Shown here piece by piece: positions 44,295 through 54,179 of a stretch of DNA of 64,000 nucleotides. Under the pieces are notes generated by a model that saw only the letters and a program-made list of their open reading frames with translations, made no database searches and was not told the DNA's origin. The position numbers were made by a program, and so were the translations under genes. Source of the stretch: an uncultured Candidatus Saccharibacteria bacterium (GTDB taxonomy: Bacteria; Patescibacteriota; Doudnabacteria; UBA920); assembly GCA_964384035.1 (NCBI GenBank), contig CAYLIB010000003.1, positions 36,393 to 100,392 of the forward strand, in the 5' to 3' direction. How positions within the stretch are numbered: position 1 is the stretch's first letter; each line of letters opens with the position of its first letter.

Positions 44295-47066
44295 CTAGGC
44301 GAAGATAAGTTTGAAGATTGCTTTTCTCTTTAAGTACATGGCGAAGCCAAGAGTACTTATTCCGCCGAATGCGATTGCATTGGTTTCACCACCTGTTTTT
44401 GGTATTACTACTGGAGGAACAGGAGCGGGGGTCTGAATTTGGACAGTTACTGTGTTTCCGTAGGTGTTTACCATTGTGAAGTTTAGGTTAGCTGCAAGGG
44501 AGTATTTTACTCTGACCTTGAAGCTCTTTGTGACTGAACCATTTGCTGGCACGTTTACACTTGGGAAAGTTATAACGTTGTTAGAAATTGTTCCACCACC
44601 GTTATCTACCATATCAGCGAATGTTAGAACACTTGATAGATCGTCGGTAATAACGAAGTTATTAGCTACCTGAGAACCAGTGTTATTTACAGTAAGTGTA
44701 TAGGTTATAAAGTCTTCTCTGGATGCTGGGGTTGTAGTAGCGTCTACATTCTTAGTGTCGTTCCAAGCTTTTTTACTTAGTACTAAGTTAGACTGACCAA
44801 CTAGAGTAGAGTTTACAGTTGCGGTGTCATGTACCTGAGATACAGAATCACCTGTTACAACAGCGGTGTTGGTTAAGTTATAACTACCAGTTCCGCTAAT
44901 GCTTACAGTACCGTCTATATAGACTTTCTTTTGCTGGCCGGTTGCCAAGGTACCCATAGAGATTTGGAATCCGTTGGTTGCACTTGCGGTGAAGTCGCCG
45001 TTTACAGAGATTGGGCTGAAGCCTAGGGCTCCACTCCAGTTATCGGTGAGTCTGACGTTAGATACTTCTCTTGAACCTGGGTTAGAAACAGTTATTTCGA
45101 ACTGAACTCTGTCGCCGTTGTTGGCTGAGACACTCTTTTGGAAAGAAGTTCCTTGAGTTACGTTCTTTACATTCTTTATAACTGCTAACTGAGGAGTACC
45201 AACTACTTGGTTAACTATTACAGTAGCAGTATCTTGTACGTCTGTTACGTTGTCGCCTTTTGCAACTGCTGTGTTTACAAGTTGAGTTTGAGCAACATTT
45301 GCAGGAGCAACAGCTTTTGCTTGGAAAGTTACAGTTTTGCTTTGACCGTTGTTTAGGTTACCTATAGATATAGTGCTTACGTTATCACCAGAGTTTGTAC
45401 CGTCTATTTTTAGAGTACCTGTTTGGTACTGAATTCCAGAAGGAAGTGAATCGGTAAGGGTGATGTTCTTAATGTTACCAGAGTTTACACCAACAACGAT
45501 TTTATATTCTACGATTTCGTTGTTTTGTACCGAAACACTGTCTTGGAAAGAACCAGATAAGGTTCTTACTTGTTTAGTTATTGTTAGATTGCCTTTAGAA
45601 GGAACAGCGACGTTAACTACTGCTTGAGACTGAACAGTTGACGCATTGCTGGATGTTGCTACAGCAGTGTTGGTAACTGTTATGGAATCTTTTGCTACGT
45701 TTGCTGTGTAAGTTATTACAACAGAAGAATTGGTATTAATATCACCTAGGCCCAAACCGTTCGCTAGGGAGCCAGTGTAAGAGCGGTCTACATTTATAGT
45801 ACCGGTAGGATTTATACCAGTGTTGCTTAGGGAGTCAGTTACGAATACGCTCTTAGCAGTTGTGGAACCAGTATTAGCTACAGTTATTCTGTACTGCATT
45901 TGGTCACCGTTTTCAGCGTCTGCAGATTTAGCGAAGGAAGTATTTTTAGTTACGTTTCTGACTTCTTTGTTTATGGTAATAGTAGTGTTCTGTTGCTGAG
46001 GGGTGTTTACAGTTACGTTTGCAGAATCTTGAACTTGGTTTGCACCGTCACCTTTTGCAGTTGCTGTATTTGTAACTGTAGAACCTGCGCTTGCTGTAAC
46101 TTTTGCCTGGTATTTAATTTCTACACCAGATTGGTTAACAGCTCCGAGGTTTACGCCACTAGAAAGAGTACCGGTTTTTGCTTGACCGTTAACCATAAGA
46201 CTGTTGTTTACATAAGATAACTGAGAGTTTAGAGCGTCTGTAATTACTACATTATTTACTGGAGTTGCATCGGTAGCAGCAATTTTAACTCTATATTCAA
46301 CAGTGTCGTTTTGGTAAGAAGTTTCGTTGTTTACGAAAGCAGTTCTGTTTGCAGTTACGTTTCTGACTTCTTTAGTAATACTTAGTTGACCTTGAGCAAC
46401 TGGAGTTGCTGGGACTACCTTAACTCTGAAGCGGTAAAAACGGCTGTATTGGAAACATGCGTTAAGGTCGCCGATAGATAGGATATTGTTACCCATATTG
46501 AAACCGGCTTCTTGGATGTTACCGTTGTTATCATATCTTTCACCACTGTTTGGAACTACTTCGAGTTTTTCGTTTGCACCAGTTGTAATTTTGTAGAACT
46601 GGTTAACACCTGGGGTGTTAGGAGAAGTAGCACGAACTTCTATTTGGTGAGTTGTACCTACGTTGGTGTCTACTATGGTAGTAATGTGCACGTCTTTTGC
46701 AACAGTTTGAGACTGTGGCAAGTTTTGCGCAGCACCATTGTGAATGTAGACAGTTCCGAAGATTTCGTCCCCTGCAGTAGCAGTTACACCAGCTTGCATT
46801 TCTTGCAAGTTGGTTGGGTAGCTACCACCGTTAACTTTTCTCATTTGAATAAGAGGAAAGTCTTTACATTCGATGGTAGAAGCATCGAAGGTAAGTGGGT
46901 AGATATTGAACTGAGCTGTAGTTGGTGCGTTTGCACAATTTTCAGCTTTAGCCACGTCTATTGAGCGTGGAGCTATTATACCAACCAAAGAAGCAGCGGT
47001 TACCATAAGGGCAACTGCGCCGTAACCTAGTTTGGTGGCAAATGTTCTTTGCATTAATTGCAACAT
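44295..47066 (-). CDS. Surface protein with ~5 DUF11 repeats and LPXTG-like (IPKTG) sorting signal
   Basis: Signal peptide; repeats L.I.K.V+N......GD.V.Y.I.V.N...+TD.L...NTA; C-terminal VIPKTG + hydrophobic stretch + KRK. Confidence 0.88.
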   Translation of the reverse strand: MLQLMQRTFATKLGYGAVALMVTAASLVGIIAPRSIDVAKAENCANAPTTAQFNIYPLTFDASTIECKDFPLIQMRKVNGGSYPTNLQEMQAGVTATAGDEIFGTVYIHNGAAQNLPQSQTVAKDVHITTIVDTNVGTTHQIEVRATSPNTPGVNQFYKITTGANEKLEVVPNSGERYDNNGNIQEAGFNMGNNILSIGDLNACFQYSRFYRFRVKVVPATPVAQGQLSITKEVRNVTANRTAFVNNETSYQNDTVEYRVKIAATDATPVNNVVITDALNSQLSYVNNSLMVNGQAKTGTLSSGVNLGAVNQSGVEIKYQAKVTASAGSTVTNTATAKGDGANQVQDSANVTVNTPQQQNTTITINKEVRNVTKNTSFAKSADAENGDQMQYRITVANTGSTTAKSVFVTDSLSNTGINPTGTINVDRSYTGSLANGLGLGDINTNSSVVITYTANVAKDSITVTNTAVATSSNASTVQSQAVVNVAVPSKGNLTITKQVRTLSGSFQDSVSVQNNEIVEYKIVVGVNSGNIKNITLTDSLPSGIQYQTGTLKIDGTNSGDNVSTISIGNLNNGQSKTVTFQAKAVAPANVAQTQLVNTAVAKGDNVTDVQDTATVIVNQVVGTPQLAVIKNVKNVTQGTSFQKSVSANNGDRVQFEITVSNPGSREVSNVRLTDNWSGALGFSPISVNGDFTASATNGFQISMGTLATGQQKKVYIDGTVSISGTGSYNLTNTAVVTGDSVSQVHDTATVNSTLVGQSNLVLSKKAWNDTKNVDATTTPASREDFITYTLTVNNTGSQVANNFVITDDLSSVLTFADMVDNGGGTISNNVITFPSVNVPANGSVTKSFKVRVKYSLAANLNFTMVNTYGNTVTVQIQTPAPVPPVVIPKTGGETNAIAFGGISTLGFAMYLKRKAIFKLIFA

Positions 47067-47141
47067 TGTTTGTTCCTTTGCGAAATGTCTTATTTAAGGA
47101 CATTTCAGTTAATCTATAAAATAACCAACAAAATACCCATA

Positions 47142-47170
47142 ATTATACATGAAAACGACCCAAAAGTCAA
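47142..47170 (-). promoter_or_regulatory. Promoter of the DUF11 surface protein gene
   Basis: TTGACT-17 bp-TATAAT on the minus strand. Confidence 0.7.
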
Positions 47171-47460
47171 GACTAAAACCCGCTTAAATTGAAAATATTA
47201 AATGGCTTGTTTAAGAGATAAAAATCACATGATCTGAAACATTGAAGATTTTGTTTCAGTTTGGATGATTTTTTGTATTTTTTTATGGAGCCGTACGTAG
47301 CAGGGTACGGTGGAGTAAAAAAATGCAAAAAATCGCACAAAATGGAGCAAAATATGCAATGCCGTGATGAGAAAAATAAAACTAAAGAAACAAGCGCAGT
47401 CAGAGTGGGATATTGAGTCCCACGGCTGAGCTGCGCTTGAAATGCTGACATGAAGCGAAT

Positions 47461-48687
47461 TTAGGGCCGGCGAACCGGGACGGTTGTCGTGCTGCCACCG
47501 GTTGTCGGGTTAATGGGCGGAGTACCGCCGATGGTTCGACCGATTGGCAGATCGCCGTTTGTCGTACCGCTACCGAGTGGTGACTCGATAGTTCGTATGC
47601 CATCGCGTGGTGCGATTGGCCCACGAACAGGATCGCCGTTGGGAACGGTACGGACACCACCGGATGTGGAGTCTTTCATAGGGACTTGCGGTTTGTCGGG
47701 TCGGCTTGGGATGCCGTACCGACCGATGACTGTTCCGACAGGAACGCCAACCGCGAAGCCGACCCAGAATTCCTTCCAGTGCCAGCCATCCCAGACGATC
47801 TCGACACGGATGTCTTTGCCGGGTTCACAGAACGAGTCCTCGACGTGAGTGAAAGTGACTTTAGACTCCAACATCTTTTGGAAGTTTTTTTCGTCATCCT
47901 TGCTTTTGACGAACCTCTTCTGGATGTCTTCGTCTTTTTTCATTTCCTCCCAGATTGCCCGAATGTAACTTTCAGGCAAACGGTCACTCGCCACCAACAC
48001 TTCGCCCAACTTGAAGGATTTGGATTTCCCGCTTCTTGTTGGCCCAACTAGGTCATTGCGACCCCCTTCGCAAATCGTCTTCGTTGCAGTCTTATGGATT
48101 TCCACTCGACCGCAACCGAAGTCCTTGGTCACGATTTTGTTACCATCTCTGTCAGTGGCTTCTGTGACTTTGGGTTCGTCAAACGGTTTGCATGGAGGAG
48201 GTGTTGGGCATGGTGTCGCGGAGGGAGTCGGAGCGGGTTTTTCGTCCCACTTGATGGCCTCCATGTGGAAGAACCGATTTGCGCAACGCACGATCCGCAC
48301 GATCTTCATAGTGGCCATGTGCATGATCACCAGAGTCGCCGGCTGTTCCGGGCCTTCGGGGGTCAACTTGACCATATCCACGAGAGGCAACTTACCGTAG
48401 ACCCAGTTACCTCGTTTATCTTCGGAGTAACCAAGTACGGTGGGTTTGGTGATTGCGACACAGGCGAAGCCTGCGGGAAGCTCTTTCGAGCCGTCGCAAT
48501 AACCGTAAATTCCGCCTTCGATTGTCGGGAACGATCCGACGGGAATGAACCCGCCGTTCAAGTCCCGGAACGATTTCGGAGCTTTGTCGAGTGGTGTGAA
48601 GTCAACATTTGAGGTCTGCGCCAAAGCGCCGACGACCGAGAGAGTGACCAGAAGGGTTGCGACATAGAGAATTCGATTGAGTTTCAT
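47461..48687 (-). CDS. Secreted Cys/Pro-rich hypothetical protein (GC-rich)
   Basis: SD AAAGGAG; signal peptide ending ALA-Q; late Gly-rich hydrophobic segment FWVGFAVGVPVGTVIG; Pro/Gly tail. Confidence 0.75.
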   Translation of the reverse strand: MKLNRILYVATLLVTLSVVGALAQTSNVDFTPLDKAPKSFRDLNGGFIPVGSFPTIEGGIYGYCDGSKELPAGFACVAITKPTVLGYSEDKRGNWVYGKLPLVDMVKLTPEGPEQPATLVIMHMATMKIVRIVRCANRFFHMEAIKWDEKPAPTPSATPCPTPPPCKPFDEPKVTEATDRDGNKIVTKDFGCGRVEIHKTATKTICEGGRNDLVGPTRSGKSKSFKLGEVLVASDRLPESYIRAIWEEMKKDEDIQKRFVKSKDDEKNFQKMLESKVTFTHVEDSFCEPGKDIRVEIVWDGWHWKEFWVGFAVGVPVGTVIGRYGIPSRPDKPQVPMKDSTSGGVRTVPNGDPVRGPIAPRDGIRTIESPLGSGTTNGDLPIGRTIGGTPPINPTTGGSTTTVPVRRP

Positions 48688-48705
48688 TCGGTGTAATCTC
48701 CTTTG

Positions 48706-49407
48706 CTAGTTGGAATTCGGTGTTTTGATGAGATTGATGGCGCTTTGGACGGCGCCGAGTCTCATCATTTTGTCGTAGTTCAGGACTGGGAGCCATTTCC
48801 CAGCCGACTCGTCGTAAATGTAGGACGAATTGTCGGCAAGGTAGGTCATACCCATGAACTCGACATAATACCCCTGCAAGCCCTTTCCCGGGACCAAGAC
48901 TGTGACTTTCGCCACCACTCGGCTAATCCGGTACCACTTGCTGTTTAGAAAACGGAAAGCGGCAGCTTCGCCGTTGAGAAGTATGTCAGTCGTGCGGTCT
49001 TCCACACGACGACCGAGTATGACTCCACCAACTGCGCCACCGTAACGACCAATGCGCCCAAGTCGGCCAAGCTCGATAATCATCGCATCGATTGCGATAT
49101 TGCCGAGGCCTTGGTTTTCGTAGGCGCGAGACTGGGTTTTACGGCGTATGCGCTCTGCTTCAATCATGTCTTCTTGTGTCGGCTGATTGATTTTCAGCAC
49201 GACCGATTCCCATTCGATCTGCAAGCACTTGGGTGTGAACCCAAGCTTGTTAGTCGGATTGTTGAAGAGGTTTTTGGCCTCTTGAATATCCGACTGCTCC
49301 AAAATTGAGGTGGGTTCGCTACAGGATAGGCCTTTGCTTGCTTCCTGTCCGAAAGAAGTGATTGAGAGAGCTAAGATGATGGCAACGATTATATAAATTC
49401 GCTTCAT
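48706..49407 (-). CDS. Secreted hypothetical protein with glycine-zipper-like segment
   Basis: ATG 49407 with SD GGAGG; signal peptide ending SFG-Q; GRLGRIGRYGGAVGGVILG. Confidence 0.72.
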   Translation of the reverse strand: MKRIYIIVAIILALSITSFGQEASKGLSCSEPTSILEQSDIQEAKNLFNNPTNKLGFTPKCLQIEWESVVLKINQPTQEDMIEAERIRRKTQSRAYENQGLGNIAIDAMIIELGRLGRIGRYGGAVGGVILGRRVEDRTTDILLNGEAAAFRFLNSKWYRISRVVAKVTVLVPGKGLQGYYVEFMGMTYLADNSSYIYDESAGKWLPVLNYDKMMRLGAVQSAINLIKTPNSN

Positions 49408-49609
49408 TGAATTGTTCCTCCGTATTGAGTTTTGTAGGTGCGATGCTTTTGCCTGGCACACTTCTATGCGCGTTGCATAGAAGTTTTAGGCTTACGCTTG
49501 GGTGCCAAGCGAATTGCTCCACAAACTGCTAGATAACCAACATTCCGTAGAGCAAACCGCTTATCACTTTCTCGGGAGCCGGCTTGACCAGCTCCCGAGA
49601 TATTTAGTT

Positions 49610-50968
49610 TTATTGATAGTCTATTTTGTCTAATGTTCCGAATATAACTTTTCTCTTTGCGGTACCGCCTATTGGCCAACAGGTTCCTAGAGCTACAACT
49701 GAGTCTGCGGTGTTCTTGAATTGTTCTGGATCTTGGGGTGTGTACTCTCCCCTTCTGTTAACTATGTAAGTTAGCTTAACGAGTTTTCCTTGTTTGGTGG
49801 TTACATAAACGTAGAAGGAAGCTTTGTCTGGTACGTCGTTTAAACGGGAAAAGATGGTTTTAAATTTACTGTCGTCCCAAGCGTAACCACTGCTGTGTCC
49901 GGAAATGTAGGAAGTACCTAAGGAGCCGGGTTCTGCTGTGCCAGGGACTCGCATTACTCCAAGTTTTAACGCATTGTCGTTTTCGGCGCTGGTCTTTGGC
50001 CACTGGATTGGTGCGGTAACATTTATAGAAGGGATTTCGATTTTACCTGGAATGTTAAAGTCTATGTCGAGATAGTTCTGTGTGGCTGGGATGTTTAACT
50101 TGTTGTACTTCGGTGTTGCGGATTGGTTTGGGTAAGTTCCAGTTAAGTTTGGTTTAACTTCAGGTTTAATAAAAACTATGTTTGGCTTTACGTAGGAGAT
50201 TCCTGAGTTATCTGTTGGAGTTGCAATAGTATTCACAACATCTACCGGTTCTACTGGGTACCCTTCGCCTCGCAAGTAGTAAGGGTTAGTTATAACTATC
50301 TGTTCTTCTACCGGATAAGATTTTTTCTTGTTTACTGCAACATCTACTTCTATGAACTGTTCGATAAGTTTTTTCTGGTCTTCGGTAAGATTGTTACCGT
50401 TGAGCGGGTTAATACCATCCTGAATATATTCACTATCTGCCTTACCGAGTTTTAGAGTGTCGTAGACTTTTGGATTTAAACCAAGAATATATTTTTGAAA
50501 GCTTGTTAAACCGTTACCAGAAAGGTCCGTGTTCGGATCTAGCACACTTTTGTCGCTTATATCGAAGTAGTACCCGCGCATCCATGTCTCAAACCTTATT
50601 TTTTCGGTCTTATAGAGTGTGTCTAAGTTTGCTTGTTTGCTTACGCTTGCTACTTTAGGCTGAGATTTGAAGATGTTGCTGAATGAAAAACTGGAGAAGT
50701 AAAAGAAGTAAACAAATATACCGATAAAGAATACAGCTACGAAAGGAGCCACGTATTTAACTATTCTTCCGATACTGGATGACTGACTTTGGTTATATGA
50801 ACTAATCTCTTCTTCGATTTGTTCTTCTGTTTCTATGCTTTCTGCAGAATCTTCTGAATGTGTAGCATGGGATGTACTTTCGTGTGCATTTTTTGAAAAT
50901 ACATTCAAAATTTCCGGGCTACCCGGTACAATTTCTGGCTTTGTTATTTTGTCGTCTAATTCGTTCAT
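49610..50968 (-). CDS. Sortase with N-terminal TM and acidic loop repeat
   Basis: IEIPSINV.API, LKLGV...PGTA.PG, ISGHSS (His), LGTCWP.G (Cys), KR (Arg); D..GNGL..FQ.Y.LGLNP motif. Confidence 0.9.
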   Translation of the reverse strand: MNELDDKITKPEIVPGSPEILNVFSKNAHESTSHATHSEDSAESIETEEQIEEEISSYNQSQSSSIGRIVKYVAPFVAVFFIGIFVYFFYFSSFSFSNIFKSQPKVASVSKQANLDTLYKTEKIRFETWMRGYYFDISDKSVLDPNTDLSGNGLTSFQKYILGLNPKVYDTLKLGKADSEYIQDGINPLNGNNLTEDQKKLIEQFIEVDVAVNKKKSYPVEEQIVITNPYYLRGEGYPVEPVDVVNTIATPTDNSGISYVKPNIVFIKPEVKPNLTGTYPNQSATPKYNKLNIPATQNYLDIDFNIPGKIEIPSINVTAPIQWPKTSAENDNALKLGVMRVPGTAEPGSLGTSYISGHSSGYAWDDSKFKTIFSRLNDVPDKASFYVYVTTKQGKLVKLTYIVNRRGEYTPQDPEQFKNTADSVVALGTCWPIGGTAKRKVIFGTLDKIDYQ

Positions 50969-51011
50969 AAATATAGTAAATACCTATATATTCATTAATA
51001 TTTTATCCTTA

Positions 51012-51040
51012 ATATTAGCATATTTTAGGTGTTTTGTCAA
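51012..51040 (-). promoter_or_regulatory. Sortase gene promoter
   Basis: TTGACA-17 bp-TAATAT with extended TG on the minus strand. Confidence 0.6.
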
Positions 51041-51163
51041 CAATCAGCTAAACCGTTTAACGTTAAATATTACTCCTAAATATGAAAAAATAAAGACCTC
51101 CCACTTTAATAATTAAAAAGAGCTTATTTAAGGATAAAGTAATAAATATGAGCTTAATTATGC

Positions 51164-51192
51164 TTGACTTTATGTGTCTCTTATATTATAAT
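51164..51192 (+). promoter_or_regulatory. Sigma70 promoter of the 51274 ORF
   Basis: TTGACT-17 bp-TATAAT. Confidence 0.72.
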
Positions 51193-51273
51193 TAGCTCTT
51201 ATTTTCCCAATCTCAATAAACCAGGTTAACGTAAGTTACCTACCTGGCTAAATTCAACTATGGAGGAATTGAA

Positions 51274-52062
51274 ATGAGTTACAAACGATATAAGGGCTTG
51301 TCGTACAATGATTTGTTCGCTGTCATAATGATGAGAGCGTACTTATCTGATGGACTACTCTCGGATGTCTTGCTCACTGGAATCAAGAGATTCGCTAAGG
51401 AATTTGCGGTTGATCAAGTTGGCCTTCCTCTCAATTTCAATGAAATTGTCAAAAAAGACCTCTTTGACAACCGCCTGGTTGCCACACAGACTGCTCTGGC
51501 GCTTATGAATCGGGAGGAAAGCATAGACTTCGAATCTGCCTGTGCTGGTAAATTCGAGGAGCTGATTCAGGAGGCTCTAAGAAAAGTACCTGCAGACGAG
51601 CTAGCAGAGATGGAACCAGCCTTGCGAGCCAGTTTCGATAAGGTCCGTGAGTTGTTGAATATGACGGAAACCGAAATGAAGGCGCTCGGAGTTGATCCGC
51701 TGGATGAAGCCGAGCGTTGGGTAACGACAGTAAAAGGTATTGCCTCGGAAAACGAACAACACCCAGCGTCTGTTGCGTTCAACGACGGCGCACTCAAGGC
51801 TATTGTGACTAAGGCCTACACCAAGGAACAGTTGAGAGATTTGCTAACTGCAATGGTCAAAGTGACCTGTAGCGCAAAATATCTGGTTCAGCTTTGCGTT
51901 ATGCCGACCCTTACTCTGCTCGCAAAAGCCAAAGATAAAACTGACGAAGAAATTGCAAGATACCAAGGAGCTTTCGTTGAGAAAGCTGCGGATCTCAGTC
52001 AGGAAATTCTGGTAACCGCCTTGGGTCAAACCTCACTCATCGTGGATAAGATTTTTGAATAA
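51274..52062 (+). CDS. Hypothetical helical protein (ORFan cassette)
   Basis: 262-aa ORF, SD GGAGG, own promoter, hairpin AAACGCAA-AAT-TTGCGTTT at the stop. Confidence 0.75.
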   Translation: MSYKRYKGLSYNDLFAVIMMRAYLSDGLLSDVLLTGIKRFAKEFAVDQVGLPLNFNEIVKKDLFDNRLVATQTALALMNREESIDFESACAGKFEELIQEALRKVPADELAEMEPALRASFDKVRELLNMTETEMKALGVDPLDEAERWVTTVKGIASENEQHPASVAFNDGALKAIVTKAYTKEQLRDLLTAMVKVTCSAKYLVQLCVMPTLTLLAKAKDKTDEEIARYQGAFVEKAADLSQEILVTALGQTSLIVDKIFE

Positions 52063-52078
52063 AACGCAAAATTTGCGT

Positions 52079-52801
52079 TTATTTTTTTTGTTTTTTTCTA
52101 GCTAATTCAGTGGCGGCAAATAGGGATTCGAAGGTGCCGGCATCTATCCATTCCCCGGTAATTTTAGAGGCGGAAAGTTCTCCTTTTTCCAGATACCATC
52201 TGTTTAAGTCTGTAACTTCAAGTTCACCCCTTGCGGATGGTTTTTGGCCTTTAACAGCTTCTATTACTTTGCTGTCGTAAATGTACAAACCTGTTTGAGC
52301 AAGATTCGATTTGGGGTTAGTAGGTTTTTCTTCTACGCTAAGAACTTTTCCGTTTTCATCTATTTCAACTATACCCAACCTTGTTCTGTCCTCTTCTGGC
52401 ACTTCTCTGACAAATATTTTAGCTCCTGTTGTGAAGTTTTGAATTTCTTCCGAAAGATCATCTTCGAAAATGTTGTCTCCTAGTATTAGGGTTACGTTGT
52501 CGCCGTCGTCCAGAAAATCTTCTCCGATTAAAAAGGCTTGGGCGATACCTTCGGGTTTGTCTTGAATTTCGTAGGTGAATTTTGCTCCGAATTCTTTACC
52601 ACTCCCAAGTAGGCGTAAAAAATCTCCAGCTCTTTCTGGAGCTACTATTATTAAGATATCTTTAATACCAGCTTTTAGCAGAACTTCAAGCGGGTAGAAG
52701 ATCATTGGTTTGTTGTATACAGGTAGAAGTTGTTTGCTTGTTACGTGGGTAAGAGGCTTAAGCCTAGTCCCGCTTCCCCCCGCTAAAATAATTCCTTTCA
52801 T
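52079..52801 (-). CDS. rfbA: Glucose-1-phosphate thymidylyltransferase (short form)
   Basis: KGIILAGGSGTRL.PLT...SKQLLPVY, Q..P.G+AQAF, LGDN, EEKP, SARGELE, WIDAGT. Confidence 0.96.
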   Translation of the reverse strand: MKGIILAGGSGTRLKPLTHVTSKQLLPVYNKPMIFYPLEVLLKAGIKDILIIVAPERAGDFLRLLGSGKEFGAKFTYEIQDKPEGIAQAFLIGEDFLDDGDNVTLILGDNIFEDDLSEEIQNFTTGAKIFVREVPEEDRTRLGIVEIDENGKVLSVEEKPTNPKSNLAQTGLYIYDSKVIEAVKGQKPSARGELEVTDLNRWYLEKGELSASKITGEWIDAGTFESLFAATELARKKQKK

Positions 52802-53640
52802 ATAAGATCTAGGTATTCTGCTAGAGCAACTTTCCAGTGCCTTAGCTTAGGTAGTTTATTGTTTGTTAATATTGCTCTCGAAGGTCTTTTTGCTAATCTC
52901 TTGAATTCTGCAGATTTGGCTGGATTAACTTTTAAACTAGTATTACCCGTCAGTTTTAAAATTTCCCGAGCGAACTCTAACCATGAAGCTTGCCCTTCGT
53001 TTATAACATGGTATATGCCGTAGGGCAAATTGTTCTCTAAAATGTGAATTATGGATTTTGCTAAATCTGGAGCATAAGTAATGCTATTTATTTCGTCGTC
53101 TACAAAACTACACTCGTTTCCTTTTTCTGCCAAACCCAAAACTATATCTACAAAACTTTTCTTCGAGAGTTCGCTTTCACCTTTTGGACCGAAAACAACA
53201 TTTGTTCTTATTACATAAAATCTCCCCCCCTGTTCGATAACCTGATTTTCTCCTGCTAGCTTGCTTTTACCGTAAATTGAAAGTGGATTTGGTACGGAGT
53301 CTTCATTATAAGAATCGGCTAAACCGTCGAATACGTAACCTGTACTTATATGAACGAGTGGTACCCTGCAAGCATTACTAAGCAATGCGAGTTGTTTTGG
53401 TACGTCTCTATTTAACAGGTATGCTTTTTCTTCATTTGTTTCAGCTCCGTCTACATCGTTAAAGGCGACACAGTTTATGACTGCGGAAATTTTACCATTT
53501 AACTCGCCGAATTTAGCATGGATGTTCGGGAAGTTGGTTACGTCTAAGTCTTCCCTGTCCCAATGAAGATCCTGAGGCCTGAGTTTTCTTAGAGCACCCC
53601 CAACTAGACCTTTTGCTCCGATAACTAGAAATTTATTCAT
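52798..53640 (-). CDS. rfbD: dTDP-4-dehydrorhamnose reductase
   Basis: GAKGLVG, NDVDGAE, HISTGYVFDG, YGKSKLAGE, AKRP. Confidence 0.93.
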   Translation of the reverse strand: MNKFLVIGAKGLVGGALRKLRPQDLHWDREDLDVTNFPNIHAKFGELNGKISAVINCVAFNDVDGAETNEEKAYLLNRDVPKQLALLSNACRVPLVHISTGYVFDGLADSYNEDSVPNPLSIYGKSKLAGENQVIEQGGRFYVIRTNVVFGPKGESELSKKSFVDIVLGLAEKGNECSFVDDEINSITYAPDLAKSIIHILENNLPYGIYHVINEGQASWLEFAREILKLTGNTSLKVNPAKSAEFKRLAKRPSRAILTNNKLPKLRHWKVALAEYLDLI

Positions 53641-54179
53641 TATTTAAAAGCTTCAATTTCATTTAAGTTTGGTAGGGCGGAATCTTTTTCAGAAAGTACA
53701 ACTTTGGCTTTGTCTATTGGCCAAGAAATATTTAATGAAGGATCGTAAGGGTTTACACCAATATATTTTTGATCTTTTTTCCAGTGTCCATTTACAGCGT
53801 ATACATAATACGTGTCGGGTAAGGTTGTTTGATAACTATTGCCAATACCTTGAGGAATAAAAACTGAAATCCCAGGTTTTAAATCTATTGTTTCAAAGTG
53901 ACCAAAAGTATTACCCTCACGCAAATCCAGATACACTCCGACTGCATTACCAGTTATAACGCTAACGTACTTATCCCAAGGTTCAGCATGAATACCTCTT
54001 AGTACTCCAGCTTTTGTGTTTTTTACAAAGTTAATCTGTTTTGGAAGGAAAGCTTCGCTAAAACTAAGACTAACTAACTTCTCTTGCTGAAACATTTCCC
54101 AAAACTCCCCTCTTTCATCTGGGTATGTGTCGCTTTCTATTATTAACAATCCGGGTATTTTGGTTTCGGTTAATTTCAT
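53640..54179 (-). CDS. rfbC: dTDP-4-dehydrorhamnose 3,5-epimerase
   Basis: DERGEF.E, GVLRGIHAEPWDK, DLR, I.WP, LSEKD. Confidence 0.93.
   Translation of the reverse strand: MKLTETKIPGLLIIESDTYPDERGEFWEMFQQEKLVSLSFSEAFLPKQINFVKNTKAGVLRGIHAEPWDKYVSVITGNAVGVYLDLREGNTFGHFETIDLKPGISVFIPQGIGNSYQTTLPDTYYVYAVNGHWKKDQKYIGVNPYDPSLNISWPIDKAKVVLSEKDSALPNLNEIEAFK

Noticed and set aside
47173-47451. 92-aa ORF in the spacer upstream of the DUF11 gene
   Set aside because: Low-complexity AT-rich translation, no SD; more likely non-coding
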